A program made the translations under genes and the position numbers. Shown here piece by piece: positions 8,524 through 18,496 of a stretch of 64,000 nt of DNA. The stretch spans positions 4,960,001 through 5,024,000 of the forward strand of contig OZ241362.1 in the NCBI GenBank assembly GCA_965200315.1. Direction: 5' to 3'. The notes below the pieces were generated by a model that was given only the letters and a program-made list of their open reading frames with translations, was not told the origin of the DNA and searched no databases. The first letter of the stretch is position 1. Every line of letters begins with the position of its first letter. The stretch comes from Candidatus Latescibacterota bacterium. GTDB lineage: Bacteria; Latescibacterota; UBA2968; UBA8231.

Positions 8524-9630
8524 CTAGCGCCGCGTCCGGTAGGGACGCTCTTCAAGGGTCAGGTCTAGGTTGTATTGCTCGTTGTGTCGCACCACGCCGA
8601 GTGCGGCTACTTCGCCGACTCGCAAGACGCGCAGCACGTCAATGGCCTCGTCGGCACTGCGGATCTTTTCGTCGTTGACCGCGATGATCACGTCGCCGCT
8701 TTCGAGGCCCGCTAACTCGGCCGGACTGTCGTGTGCCACCCTGACGACTAGGGCCCCATCGGCGGAATCGAGCTTTAGGTACTCGGCTAGATTCGGGGTG
8801 ATGTCTTGGATGGCCAAGATGCCGGTCCAAGCGCGCCGCGCGTGGCCGTGCTGGCGAATTTCCGCCAAAAAGCTCGCGGCCGTGTCAATGGGAATGGCGA
8901 AGCCAATGCCAATAGAGCCACTGTCGTATTCGCTGCCGGTGTAGATAAAGCTGTTAATGCCGATGACTTCGGCATCGGCATTGACGAGGGGACCGCCGCT
9001 ATTGCCTCTATTGATGGCCGCATCGGTCTGAATCATGTCTCGGTAGTAGTAATCGCCTTGGGGTTCGGAAAAGTCGCGATCTAGGGCACTGACGACGCCG
9101 ATACTGACGGTAGGCCCCAAATCGAAAGGGTTGCCAATGGCAATAGCCCATTCGCCGACCAAAATATCGCCCGAAGTCCCCAAGGGCGCAACCGGCAGAT
9201 CGCCTCCATCTACCTTGAGAACAGCGAGGTCGAAGTTGAAATCAGAGGCCACGTAGCGAGCCTCAAAAGTGCGGCCGTCGGGCGCGGGCAACGAGGCCGT
9301 GATCTTCTCTAGCTGACGCGGATCGCCGATGACGTGGCTATTGGTGAGAATGTAACCCTCTCCATCGACGACAAATCCCGAACCGGTGGACATGCGGTGT
9401 TGGTCTTGGGGCACATAGTAGAACGGCGAGAAAAAATTCCAAAAAGGATCGCCGCGCTGCCGGTGGTGTAGATTATAGACGCGCTGTCGGTAGCGCACAT
9501 GGAGACTGACGACCGAGGGCTGGACCCGCTCTACGGCCTGCACGATGGCTGTGCGGCGCGATTCCCCAATGGACGCGCTGGCGTGGTTTAGAGCTAATAC
9601 CAGCAGAGCAAATGAGCAGAGAAAGTGCAA
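8524..9630 (-). CDS. HtrA/DegP-like trypsin serine protease with one PDZ domain
   Basis: GSGFVV, ILTNSHVI, IQTDAAINRGNSGGPL, C-terminal PDZ. TTG start. Confidence 0.92.
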   Translation of the reverse strand: MHFLCSFALLVLALNHASASIGESRRTAIVQAVERVQPSVVSLHVRYRQRVYNLHHRQRGDPFWNFFSPFYYVPQDQHRMSTGSGFVVDGEGYILTNSHVIGDPRQLEKITASLPAPDGRTFEARYVASDFNFDLAVLKVDGGDLPVAPLGTSGDILVGEWAIAIGNPFDLGPTVSIGVVSALDRDFSEPQGDYYYRDMIQTDAAINRGNSGGPLVNADAEVIGINSFIYTGSEYDSGSIGIGFAIPIDTAASFLAEIRQHGHARRAWTGILAIQDITPNLAEYLKLDSADGALVVRVAHDSPAELAGLESGDVIIAVNDEKIRSADEAIDVLRVLRVGEVAALGVVRHNEQYNLDLTLEERPYRTRR

Positions 9631-9724
9631 GGTTGGACCTCGGGAATGGACTTCGCTAATGATGAGTAATTATATAATAATCATACACATAGTCGCAACT
9701 ATTCACGGCTCTTCTGCAGTGCCG

Positions 9725-10007
9725 CTAGTCCGGCAATTGGCCGCCTAGACGCAGGACCACATCAAAGCGGTCGTTTTTGGCGGCCTTATTCCTTTTGACA
9801 ATGCCGCATTTGGCACACCAGTGGACGAGGATGTAATCGCCGCGTTTGATGGTAAATCCCACCGGCTCCATCCAGCCGCGACTTTACATCGACGTGTCGG
9901 CTCCAAAGGCATTCCGGGCCGTGGTTGGCGCAGCCATTGCCCGGCGCGTGAAAGCCACAATTTCCGCAGGTAAAATTTTTAATGTATCGCTGGAATTTTT
10001 TGCCCAT
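9725..10007 (-). pseudogene. RNHCP-domain zinc-finger protein, internally deleted and frameshifted
   Basis: First frame reads MGKKFQRYIKNFTCGNCG...NHGPECLWSRHVDV. After a shift near 9880 another frame gives RGWMEPVGFTIKRGDYILVHWCAKCGIVKRNKAAKNDRF..LPD*, the family's C-terminal half. Confidence 0.7.
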
Positions 10008-10745
10008 TTAGCTATCAGGGTACGCCACCCACAGCAGACAGAGGCCACGCGCAGGGGCCGTGGCACCGGCCGCAGTGCGGTCGCCGCTGGCGAGTAATTC
10101 AGCGATGGCTGTCGGCGGCTTTGTGCCGCGGCCGATTTCGACCATCGTGCCGACGATAATCCGCACCATGTGGCGGAGGAAGCGATTGGCCTCGATTTCA
10201 AAGACTAGCTCGGGGCCGCGTTGGGACCAAGCCGCGTCAAAGACGTGGCAGGTCAGGTGCTCGGGGATGGGATCTTGTTTGCAAAAGGCACCAAAAGCGC
10301 GTTCGCCGCAGAGTGTGCGAGCGGCCGCGGCCATGCGATCCAAGGATAGTGCTGAATAGTAGGTCCACACCTGAGTGCGGTTGACGGCGGCCTTGCCTTG
10401 GTAAATGCGGTAGCGATAGCGCTTGCGGGTTGCGCTGTAGCGGGCGTGAAAGTCGGCAGCGACCTCGTCGGCGGCGCACACGGCAATGTCTGGGGGCAAG
10501 AGGCCGTTGAGGCTGCGAAGCAGCCGGTCCGGGGGTAGTGCGCCCTCGGTCTGGAAATGAGCTACCTGCCCGAGGGCGTGGGTGCCGGCGTCTGTGCGGC
10601 CTGCGCCGCTGAGGCGGACCGGCTCTTTGAGCAGGATGTGCAAGGCTCGTTCGAGCGCGTCTTGCACGGTGCGGCCGCTCTTTTGGCTCTGCCAGCCGAC
10701 AAAGTGGGTGCCGTCGTATTCGAGTACCAAGCGCAGCGTCCGCAT
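10008..10745 (-). CDS. truA: tRNA pseudouridine(38-40) synthase
   Basis: EYDGTHFVGWQ, GAGRTDAGTHALGQVAHF, FHARYSA, FLRHMVRIIVG, TAPARGL. Confidence 0.97.
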   Translation of the reverse strand: MRTLRLVLEYDGTHFVGWQSQKSGRTVQDALERALHILLKEPVRLSGAGRTDAGTHALGQVAHFQTEGALPPDRLLRSLNGLLPPDIAVCAADEVAADFHARYSATRKRYRYRIYQGKAAVNRTQVWTYYSALSLDRMAAAARTLCGERAFGAFCKQDPIPEHLTCHVFDAAWSQRGPELVFEIEANRFLRHMVRIIVGTMVEIGRGTKPPTAIAELLASGDRTAAGATAPARGLCLLWVAYPDS

Positions 10746-10749
10746 CGCC

Positions 10750-11549
10750 TTAACGCATATAGTACACGAGCGCGACCAAGCCTAGAGCGGCCAAGGCGGA
10801 TAGACCGTCAGCGCGGCCAAAGCGCAGCGGGCGATAGTGCGTGCGCACGGCTCCGCTGGCGTAGCAGCGGCTCTCCATGGCCAAGGCGAGGCGGTCGGCG
10901 CGGCCGCAAGCCGCGACGAGGAGGGGCACGAGGAGGGGCACGAGATTTTTGATGCGGCGCAGAAAAGGGCCACTAAAGTCGGCCCCACGCGCTAGTTGGG
11001 CCTTGCGCAGGCGCTCGGCTTCGTCGAGGAGTACGGGGATAAACCGCAGGGCAATGGAGATCATCAGCGCCATATCGCCGGCCGGAAAACCGAAGCGGCG
11101 CAAGGGGCTGAAGAAGCGCTCCAAGCCGCTGGTTATCTCCATCGGCGCGGTCGTCAGCGTCAAGAGCGTGGCGGCGACGATGGCTGCGGCCAACCGCGCA
11201 GTGAAGAAGGCCCCCAAGCGCAAGCCCTCGGCGGTCAGGACGTGATCGGAAAAGGGCAACGGCAAGACGGCGCGGCCGGGCGTGAGCAGCGCGTGGAGGC
11301 CAAAGGTGAACAGGAAGAGCCAAACAAAGGTTTGAACTGACGCAGGATGAGCTGCCAAGGCACCCGCGCCAAGGCAATGGCTACAAGCAGGAAAGCCCCA
11401 AGCAGCAGCAGGGCGAGTGCGTTGGGCGCGGCAAAAGCCGCCAGCGTCAGCGCGAAAACGGCCCCCAACTTGGTGCGCGGATCGAGGCGGTGAATCAGCG
11501 AGTCGAGCGCGATGTAGCGGCCGAGCGCGATGTCCTGCAAAAGGGCCAA
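10750..11549 (-). pseudogene. ecfT: ECF transporter transmembrane component T, frameshifted near 11328 (possibly an assembly error)
   Basis: The N-terminal part (DIALGRY..IHRLDPRTKL) and C-terminal part (ISIALRFIP, AQLARG, AMESRCY) are in different frames. Adding one T to minus-strand CCTTTGTTTGG restores KPFVWLFLF. Confidence 0.8.
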
Positions 11550-11552
11550 GGG

Positions 11553-12518
11553 CTAGGGCAAGAAGCGGTTGGTGAAGGCCGCGGTGGCGTCCACCACACC
11601 GTCTTTGATCAGGCCAACGGTCACCATTTGTTCCAATAGCTCCTGCCAGCGCTGCAAGGTCATGCTGCCGAGGCCGTTTTGTTGGGCTATTGGGTCGAGA
11701 ATCGTGGCACTGGATTCGGCGGCCCCATAGGCGAGAATATCCATACCCATCTCGGGGTTGAGGCTGTTGATATGGCGGTTGGTCTCCTCGGGCTCGGTGA
11801 GGTATTGCTCCCAGCCTTTGACGCTGGAGCGGACTACGGCACCGACGAGCTCGGGCTCGGCGGCTATGCGCTCTTCAGTGGTGATGAGTACGCTGGCATA
11901 GGGGTTGAAGCCGGTGTCGGCTACGAGCAGGGCCTTGGGATCGCCGCCTTTGGTCTTGGCGACGAAAGGCTCGCTGAAAATGTAGCCCTGCTGGGCGAAA
12001 TTCTCGTCTGCGAGGAATTGGGTCACATTGCCGGGGTAGGGGACGATGGTGACGCCTTCAAATGGGTATTTCCAGCGCAGATAGTGAGAAAAGGCCGGGC
12101 GTTGCGATAGGGCCAAGGTCATGTTTTTGATTTGCGAAATGGAGTCGATGCCCGCGCTCGCGTGGACCATGATGCAGCGCGGGCTAATCTGGTAGGACGC
12201 CATGAGCGCGACCACCGGGATATGTTGGGCGCGGGCGTAGAGGATGTCGTCGGCATTGACTATGCCAAAGGCCACCGCGCCGGTGGCCACGCGCTGAACG
12301 ACCGGCGCGTCCGGGCCGCCGCCGAGGACTTCGACCTCAACGCCGTGTTCCTCGTAGTAGCCGTGGACAGCGGCCGCGTACAAGCCGCCGTGTTCGGCTT
12401 CCGGGAACCAGTTGAGCGCGAGTTGGACCTTGGGCCGGGCGTCGGCGGTGGGTGCTTCTTTTTCGGCGGCGCAGGCGATTAGGAAGAGGCTAGCTAAAAG
12501 CGCGTACATTCGCAGCAT
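11553..12518 (-). CDS. ABC transporter substrate-binding lipoprotein, NMT1/THI5-like
   Basis: Lipobox LIAC, LNWFPEAEHGGLYAA, GGP, AFTNRFL. Confidence 0.85.
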   Translation of the reverse strand: MLRMYALLASLFLIACAAEKEAPTADARPKVQLALNWFPEAEHGGLYAAAVHGYYEEHGVEVEVLGGGPDAPVVQRVATGAVAFGIVNADDILYARAQHIPVVALMASYQISPRCIMVHASAGIDSISQIKNMTLALSQRPAFSHYLRWKYPFEGVTIVPYPGNVTQFLADENFAQQGYIFSEPFVAKTKGGDPKALLVADTGFNPYASVLITTEERIAAEPELVGAVVRSSVKGWEQYLTEPEETNRHINSLNPEMGMDILAYGAAESSATILDPIAQQNGLGSMTLQRWQELLEQMVTVGLIKDGVVDATAAFTNRFLP

Positions 12519-12662
12519 GATAAGGTGCCTTTACTTGAGAAAAGGACGTCCAGCCCTCGCTGAGCAGACTGCTGGTGGTTGGCAAGGTCTCAGCCAAGAT
12601 GGACGGGATGCGGACAATAGGCAACACACTCTAAGTATTTTCACGGGGAGGCCCCAACAAAA

Positions 12663-12712
12663 CTGGATGTCACGCCTGAAGGCGCGGTGAAGCCTGCTTG
12701 CGCAGGAATGAC
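12663..12712. repeat. REP-like palindromic element (GTCAT..GCAGG/CCTGC..ATGAC family)
   Basis: ctggat-gtcacgcctgaaggcgcggtgaa-gcctgcttgcgcaggaatgac. Its 3' half matches cgcggtgaagccagctttcgcgggaatgac at about 60816-60845. Confidence 0.6.
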
Positions 12713-12833
12713 ATGAGCGGGTGCTTCGAGGATCGCCCAGCAGGTTTTGTTAGAGCCGCCCACCATGGTCGATATGAGCACGTCCGTAGCCATTACGCTT
12801 GCTCTCGATACCCATGACTGGCGCGCCGTCATT

Positions 12834-13604
12834 TCACTCGGGCGCACCCATCCAGCGTCTGAGCAAAAAGGTACTCAAGCTGCCCACGGTGGTAAATAGC
12901 CCCAAGCCGAGCAACGTGCAAAACAGAATGCAGGCGAAGAGGTAGTCGGTTTTGGCTTGGCCGTTGGTGAGGATGATCAAGTAGCCGAGGCCAAAGTCTT
13001 GGGTGCCGTAGCCGGCGAAGAATTCGCCGACAATCGCGCCGATGACCGACAGGCCGCTGGAGATGCGGGCACCGACGAGCATCTGCGGTACGGCACCGGG
13101 GACGCGGAGCTTGAACAGTACCTGCCAGCGGCTGGCCTTGTTGAGGGCAAAGAAATCGAGGAGGTGGGGATCGACGCGAGTCAGGCCATCGGTAGTGTTG
13201 GCGATGATCGGGAACAGGGCGATGATGAAGGAAACGGCCACCACGCCTTGGAGACCGTAGCCGATCCACAGGATGATCAGGGGCGCGATGGCCACGATGG
13301 GCATGGTCTGTAGGAAGATCGCATAGGGGTAGAGGCTGCGCTCGATGAGGCGCGACTGGGAAAACAGCAGGGCGACCAAGAAGCCAAAGGCAAAGCTGAG
13401 GACAAAGCCCAAGAGGGCCCCCAAGGCCGTCAGCAGGGTCGCCGATAGCAGGCGCGGCAAGTTGTCGGCGATGGCTTGGGCCACGAGCAAAGGGCCGGGC
13501 AGCAGGAAAGGCTCAATCGCCAAGAGCGAGACCGCCCCTTGCCAAGCGCATAGGACTAAGGAGAAGAACAGCAGCGGGGGCAGGGTGTTGCGTAGTCGTC
13601 TCAT
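12834..13604 (-). CDS. ABC transporter permease (NitT/TauT/SsuC family)
   Basis: QTMPIVAIAPLIILWIGYG, GAIVGEF, multiple TM helices. Confidence 0.9.
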   Translation of the reverse strand: MRRLRNTLPPLLFFSLVLCAWQGAVSLLAIEPFLLPGPLLVAQAIADNLPRLLSATLLTALGALLGFVLSFAFGFLVALLFSQSRLIERSLYPYAIFLQTMPIVAIAPLIILWIGYGLQGVVAVSFIIALFPIIANTTDGLTRVDPHLLDFFALNKASRWQVLFKLRVPGAVPQMLVGARISSGLSVIGAIVGEFFAGYGTQDFGLGYLIILTNGQAKTDYLFACILFCTLLGLGLFTTVGSLSTFLLRRWMGAPE

Positions 13605-14341
13605 GGGGCGTCGGCGCGGGCGAGTTGGCGCGAAATCCCGCTGGCTAGGCGGATGAATTCCGGGGTACTACGCAGGCACGCTGAGCGCGGATAGGGAAAC
13701 GGGATGGAGATGTCGGCGAGGATGCGGCCGGGACGAGTGCTCATCACGAGGACCCGCTGACTGAGAAAGACGGCTTCGGAGACGTTGTGAGTGACGAACA
13801 GGCCGGTCCAGCGGTCTTCCTGCCACAGGCTCAATAGCTCCTCGTTGAGCCGCTGGCGGGTGATTTCGTCGAGCGCGCCAAACGGCTCGTCGAGGAGCAG
13901 GATTTGGGGGCGGGTCACCAGCGCACGGGCAATGGACACCCGCATGCGCATGCCGCCGGAGAGCTGGGCCGGATACGCATCGGCAAAGTCGGTTAGGCCG
14001 ACCAGTTCAAGCGTCTGGGCGACGCGCTCGGCAGCGGCTTCGCGCCGCAGCTCTAAGGGGAGGGTGATGTTGTGCGCGACCGATCGCCAAGGCAGCAGCG
14101 TGGCGTCTTGGAAGACAAAGGCGAGGCCGAGCGGGTCGTGGCCCTCCACGCGGAGTTCGCCGCTCGTGGGCGCGTCGAGGCCGGCCACGAGGCGGAGGAA
14201 GGTGGATTTGCCGCAGCCGGAGGGGCCGATGATGGAGACGAATTGACTGCGGCTGATTTGCAGCTCGAAGCCGCGCAGGGCTTCAATCCCGGAGGGGAAG
14301 TGCTTGTTGAGCCCTGCGGCGACGACTAGCTGCGGCTCCAT
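13601..14341 (-). CDS. ABC transporter ATP-binding protein (NitT/TauB family)
   Basis: GPSGCGKST, LSGGMRMRVSIARAL, LLLDEPFGALD. Confidence 0.92.
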   Translation of the reverse strand: MEPQLVVAAGLNKHFPSGIEALRGFELQISRSQFVSIIGPSGCGKSTFLRLVAGLDAPTSGELRVEGHDPLGLAFVFQDATLLPWRSVAHNITLPLELRREAAAERVAQTLELVGLTDFADAYPAQLSGGMRMRVSIARALVTRPQILLLDEPFGALDEITRQRLNEELLSLWQEDRWTGLFVTHNVSEAVFLSQRVLVMSTRPGRILADISIPFPYPRSACLRSTPEFIRLASGISRQLARADAP

Positions 14342-15268
14342 TTACCCTCGGGGATGATAGGTCTTGTGAACCTCTTTGAGGTAGCTGAGGTCGAGGTGCG
14401 TGTAGATCTGGGTGGTGGAGATGTCGGCGTGGCCCAACAGTTCCTGCACGGCGCGGAGGTTGGCGCCGCCTTCTAACAGATGCGTGGCAAAGGAGTGGCG
14501 CAGGGTGTGGGGGCTGATCTCCTTGTCGATGTGGGCCTTGTCGCCGGCGGTTTTGATGATCTTCCACACGCTCATCCGCGAGAGCGAGCCGCCTTGGGAG
14601 TTGAGAAAGACGTGATCGCTTGAGTTGGGCTGGGCGAGGTGGGGGCGGCCTTGGCGCAGGTAGCGTCTGAGCGTACGTGCGTCTTTGGCTGCTATGGGGA
14701 CGATGCGCTCGCGCCGGCCGCGGATGCGGACGAGGCCCCGCGCCAGCAGCAGCGCGGTCTGTTGCAGCGCGGTCAGCTCGGAGACGCGGATGCCGGTGGC
14801 GTAGAGCACGGCGAGGATAGCCCGGTCGCGCTGGCCCAGCGGCTCGTCGGGGTCGGGCGCGGTGAGCAGGGCGGCGATTTCCTCGACCGACAGCACATCG
14901 GGCAGGCGGCGCTCCAGTTTGGGCGGGTCGAGGAGTTCGGCTGGGTTGTGCGACATTTCGCCCTTGAGCAGTAGGTACTGGTGGAAGCGCTTTATGGAGG
15001 TGAGGTTGCGGGCCATGGTGGAAGGGGTGAGGCCGGCGTCGCGCAGCGAGTGGAGCAATTGGGCGATGTGCTGGTGTTGGACAGCCTCCAAGCACTCAAC
15101 GCCTTGGGCCGACAGGTGATGCAAATAGCGGCTGAGGTCGCGGCGATAGGCGTCGAGGGTATTGGCCGCCAGCCCATTGTCGCGCTCCATGGCCTTGAGG
15201 AAGTGCTCGCAGGGGATGGACAGGGCCGCTGGCAGCGGGCGTTTAGGAGTGGATTTTGGGCGGGCCAT
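14342..15268 (-). CDS. xerD: Site-specific tyrosine recombinase XerD
   Basis: NTLDAYRRDL, LYATGIRVSEL, SPHTLRHSFATHLLEGGANLRAVQELLGHADISTTQIYTH. Start taken at MARPKS. Confidence 0.9.
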   Translation of the reverse strand: MARPKSTPKRPLPAALSIPCEHFLKAMERDNGLAANTLDAYRRDLSRYLHHLSAQGVECLEAVQHQHIAQLLHSLRDAGLTPSTMARNLTSIKRFHQYLLLKGEMSHNPAELLDPPKLERRLPDVLSVEEIAALLTAPDPDEPLGQRDRAILAVLYATGIRVSELTALQQTALLLARGLVRIRGRRERIVPIAAKDARTLRRYLRQGRPHLAQPNSSDHVFLNSQGGSLSRMSVWKIIKTAGDKAHIDKEISPHTLRHSFATHLLEGGANLRAVQELLGHADISTTQIYTHLDLSYLKEVHKTYHPRG

Positions 15269-17093
15269 GATCCGGGCTGTTGAGATGGGCGAGCAAGGCG
15301 TCGGCTTGTTTGCGGCTAAAGCCGGGGAGCGCGGCGATTTGCTCGGCTGGCGTGGCGGCGATGCGCTTGACCGAGCCAAAGGCGACCAGCAGGGCCTTGC
15401 GCTTTTGCGGGCCAATGCCGGGGACGTGGTCCAAAGTAGAGCTGAGTGCGCTCTTGGCGCGGTGCTGGCGGTGGTTTTTGAGCGCGAAGCGGTGGGCTTC
15501 GTCGCGCAGCATCTGCAACAGGCGCAGGCTGGCCGAGGTCTTGGGCAGCAGCAGGGGCGTGCGCTGGTCTGGCAGGAAGACTTCCTCAAAGCGCTTGGCG
15601 AGGCCGACGACGGGTTGGTCTGCGATGTCTAGCTCGCGCAGGGCGGCGACCGCGCTGGCGAGTTGGCCCGGCCCGCCGTCGATGAGCAGCAAGTCGGGCC
15701 GCGGCTCGTTGCGCTCGGCCAGGCCGCGGAAGCGGCGATAGACCACTTGGTGGATGGCGGCGTAGTCGTCGGGCTGCGCGAGGTCGCGGATTTTGAAGTA
15801 GCGATACTGGCTGCGCTTGGCCCGGCCGTCGATAAAGCAGACCACCGAGCCGACCGGGTGTGCGCCTTGGAAGGTGGAGATGTCGATGCCTTCGATGCGG
15901 CGGGGCGGAGCCGCCAGTTGCAAGTCGCGCTGGATGGCATAGACCGATTGGGGGATGCGGTCGCGCTTCAACTCGCGCTTGAGCTGGCGTTCGGCGAGCA
16001 TCTGGGTGGCGTTTTTGGTGGCCATGTCGAGCATCTGCGCCTTGGCGCCGCGCTGGGGCATGGCTAACTCGACCTTACCGTCGGCCTTTTGCGACAGCCA
16101 AGCAGCCATCGCGTCGGCGTCTGCGGGCTGGGCTGGCAGGTGGATCTCGGGCGGGACAAAGTCGTTTTGCAGATAGAATTGCCGCGCAAAAGCCGAGAGG
16201 ATTTCCCCGTCTGAAGACTCCATGACCCCGCCGAGGAAGTGGTGCTTTTTGCCGAGCAAGCGGCCCTCGCGGATTTCGAGGACGCTGCAACAGGCTTCGT
16301 CGTCGCTGCGGGCCATGCCGAGGACGTCGCGGTCTATCTGATCGTCGAGGACGACCTTTTGGCGTGCGCGCATGGACTCTAGCGCTTGGATCTGGTCGCG
16401 GAAGCGGGCGGCTTTCTCGTAGCGCATGTCTTCGGCGGCTTCGGTCATGCGCTTTTGCAGTTCGCGGATTACTTCGGCGTTCTGGCCGCGCAAAAAGCGC
16501 ACGGCCCGCTCGACGGTTTTGCGGTAGTCGTCGGCCGAGACGAGGCTCTCGCAGGGGCCTTCGCAGCGCTTGATGTGGTATTCGAGGCACAGCGGCACTT
16601 TGTCTGAGGGCAACTCGGCGTTGCAGGTGCGGATGGGGAAGACCTTGCGCATGGTGTCGATGGTGGTGTGCATGGCGCGGACATTGCTGTATGGGCCGAG
16701 GTAGCGCGAGCCGTCGCGGACTACGTCGCGGGTGGCGAAGATGCGGGGAAAAGGCTCGGCTGTGATGCGGATATAAGGGTATTTCTTGTCGTCTTTGAGC
16801 AGGATGTTGTAGCGCGGTTTGTGGGTGCGGATTTGGGTGGCTTCGAGGATGAGGGCTTCTTGCTCGCTGCTCGTTACGATGTAGTCGATATCGGCGATGT
16901 TGCGGACTAGGGCTTTGAACTGACGCCGGCCATCGCCGCCCGAGGTGCGAAAGTACGAGCGCACCCGGTCGCGCAGGCTTTTGGCCTTGCCGATGTAGAT
17001 GATCTGCCCGTCGCGCCTTTTCATTATATAAACGCCGGACTCGTTGGGCAGGGTGTCGAGTTTGAGGCGCAGATCTTCGGAGAGGTTGTTCAT
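15243..17093 (-). CDS. uvrC: Excinuclease ABC subunit C
   Basis: GVYIM..IYIGKAKSLRDRVRSYF, DLLLIDGGPGQL, RDEAHRFA, C-terminal HhH. Confidence 0.97.
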   Translation of the reverse strand: MNNLSEDLRLKLDTLPNESGVYIMKRRDGQIIYIGKAKSLRDRVRSYFRTSGGDGRRQFKALVRNIADIDYIVTSSEQEALILEATQIRTHKPRYNILLKDDKKYPYIRITAEPFPRIFATRDVVRDGSRYLGPYSNVRAMHTTIDTMRKVFPIRTCNAELPSDKVPLCLEYHIKRCEGPCESLVSADDYRKTVERAVRFLRGQNAEVIRELQKRMTEAAEDMRYEKAARFRDQIQALESMRARQKVVLDDQIDRDVLGMARSDDEACCSVLEIREGRLLGKKHHFLGGVMESSDGEILSAFARQFYLQNDFVPPEIHLPAQPADADAMAAWLSQKADGKVELAMPQRGAKAQMLDMATKNATQMLAERQLKRELKRDRIPQSVYAIQRDLQLAAPPRRIEGIDISTFQGAHPVGSVVCFIDGRAKRSQYRYFKIRDLAQPDDYAAIHQVVYRRFRGLAERNEPRPDLLLIDGGPGQLASAVAALRELDIADQPVVGLAKRFEEVFLPDQRTPLLLPKTSASLRLLQMLRDEAHRFALKNHRQHRAKSALSSTLDHVPGIGPQKRKALLVAFGSVKRIAATPAEQIAALPGFSRKQADALLAHLNSPDHGPPKIHS

Positions 17094-17126
17094 TTAGAAA
17101 GGGATGCAGGTTGACATATTGCAACG

Positions 17127-17155
17127 AGGATAAGCGTTTTGCTGGGGGGCGTCAA
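17127..17155 (-). promoter_or_regulatory. Putative sigma-70 promoter of uvrC-xerD
   Basis: Minus strand TTGACG-N17-TATCCT upstream of the uvrC ATG. Confidence 0.5.
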
Positions 17156-18363
17156 GATGGGCGAGAAACGCGGGCGAAGATGCACTTGAGGTAGCGTCCG
17201 TCGGGGAAGGCTGGATCTATTGGATGGTCGGCTGGGTGCAGGTTGTAGGCGAGGATGCGGGTGCGGACTCGGGCGCCAGCGGCGGCGCGGCGGACGATTT
17301 GGAAGAAGTCCTCTGGGGAAATTCGCGCCGAGCACGAGGCGGTCACCAGCAGTCCGCCGTCGGCTATGAGGCGGAAGGCGTTGCGATTGAGTTTGGTATA
17401 GACGCCCATGGCTTGTTTGTGCTGGCTGCGTTTCCGCATCAGCGAAGGCGGGTCGCAGACGACGATATCGTAGCGGGGGCCTCGGTCGGCTAGTTCGTCC
17501 ACAAAGGGAAAGACATCGGCGATCAATAGGTCGGAATGGGTGCCTTGGGGGCGGTTGGCGGTGAGGGTGCGGCGGGCCGCGGGCACGACTTGGGGCGATA
17601 TATCGACATCGAGGGTGCAGGATGCACCGCCTTTGAGGGCGTGGGCGGAAAAGCCGCTCGAATAGGAAAAGAGGTTGAGTATGCGCTGGCCGCGGGCGAG
17701 TTGCTGGAGGTAGAAGCGGTTGGTGCGCTGGTCGAGAAAAAAGCCGGTCTTCTGGCCGCGATAGAGGTCGGCGTAGAGGCGCGTGCCGTGCTCTTCGATC
17801 TCGACAAATTCGGGCGGTGTTTCGCCGGCTAGTAGGCCGGTGGGCCGGTCGTTTAGTCCCTCGGCTCGGCGGGTGCCCACATCGCTGCGTTCGTACAGGC
17901 TGCGAGGGGCGCGCAGAGATTGGAGCGCGTCGAGGACGGCGGGGCGTTGCTTTTCCATGCCGGCGGTGTGGAATTGCACCACTAGGTAGCCGGCGTAGTC
18001 GTCGGCAATTAGGCCGGGCAGGCCGTCGCTTTCGCCGTGGACTAGGCGCATGGCGTTGGTGTGGGCGGACAGGCCGGCGCTGCGGCGGAGGGCGATGGCT
18101 TGGGCGATGCGCTCGGTGAAGAAGGCCGCGTCGATGGGCCGGCTGGGGGCTTGGGTGAGGCTGCGCACGCGGATCAGCGAGCGCCGATTGTAAAAGCCGC
18201 GACAGACGAAGCGCTCATCTGCGTCAAAGACATCGACGATGTCGCCGGTGTCGGCGTCATGGGGAGGCCGTTCGATTGCGCCGGAGAAGACCCAGGGGTG
18301 GCCGTTGCGCACGGTGCGCTCGCTGTTGGGGCGCAGGTAGAGGGGTGGATAGTGAGGGGGCAT
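17152..18363 (-). CDS. rlmI: 23S rRNA m5C1962 methyltransferase (RlmI family)
   Basis: GHPWVFS PUA domain, GESDGLPGL, GQKTGFFLDQR, LNLFSYSSGF, DPPS, YLK. Confidence 0.85.
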   Translation of the reverse strand: MPPHYPPLYLRPNSERTVRNGHPWVFSGAIERPPHDADTGDIVDVFDADERFVCRGFYNRRSLIRVRSLTQAPSRPIDAAFFTERIAQAIALRRSAGLSAHTNAMRLVHGESDGLPGLIADDYAGYLVVQFHTAGMEKQRPAVLDALQSLRAPRSLYERSDVGTRRAEGLNDRPTGLLAGETPPEFVEIEEHGTRLYADLYRGQKTGFFLDQRTNRFYLQQLARGQRILNLFSYSSGFSAHALKGGASCTLDVDISPQVVPAARRTLTANRPQGTHSDLLIADVFPFVDELADRGPRYDIVVCDPPSLMRKRSQHKQAMGVYTKLNRNAFRLIADGGLLVTASCSARISPEDFFQIVRRAAAGARVRTRILAYNLHPADHPIDPAFPDGRYLKCIFARVSRPS

Positions 18364-18496
18364 GTTCTTTTTCTACGGGTTGTGTCAATTTTCGTTTGAG
18401 ATAGGCAATCTTGGCAAGACTAATTTTGAGAGCCATTCTAATTTGCACAATGCCTTGACCGAGCATAGCAAAAAGATTCTTCAACTTAACCAAGAG

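Noticed and set aside
12520-12833. TPP riboswitch ahead of the THI5-like binding protein
   Set aside because: I could not find the conserved TPP core on the coding strand. Only a REP-like palindrome is supported.
14342-15268. Tyrosine recombinase as a prophage or integron integrase
   Set aside because: Motifs and housekeeping context (overlap with uvrC) fit chromosomal XerD. I saw no att/attC array or phage genes.
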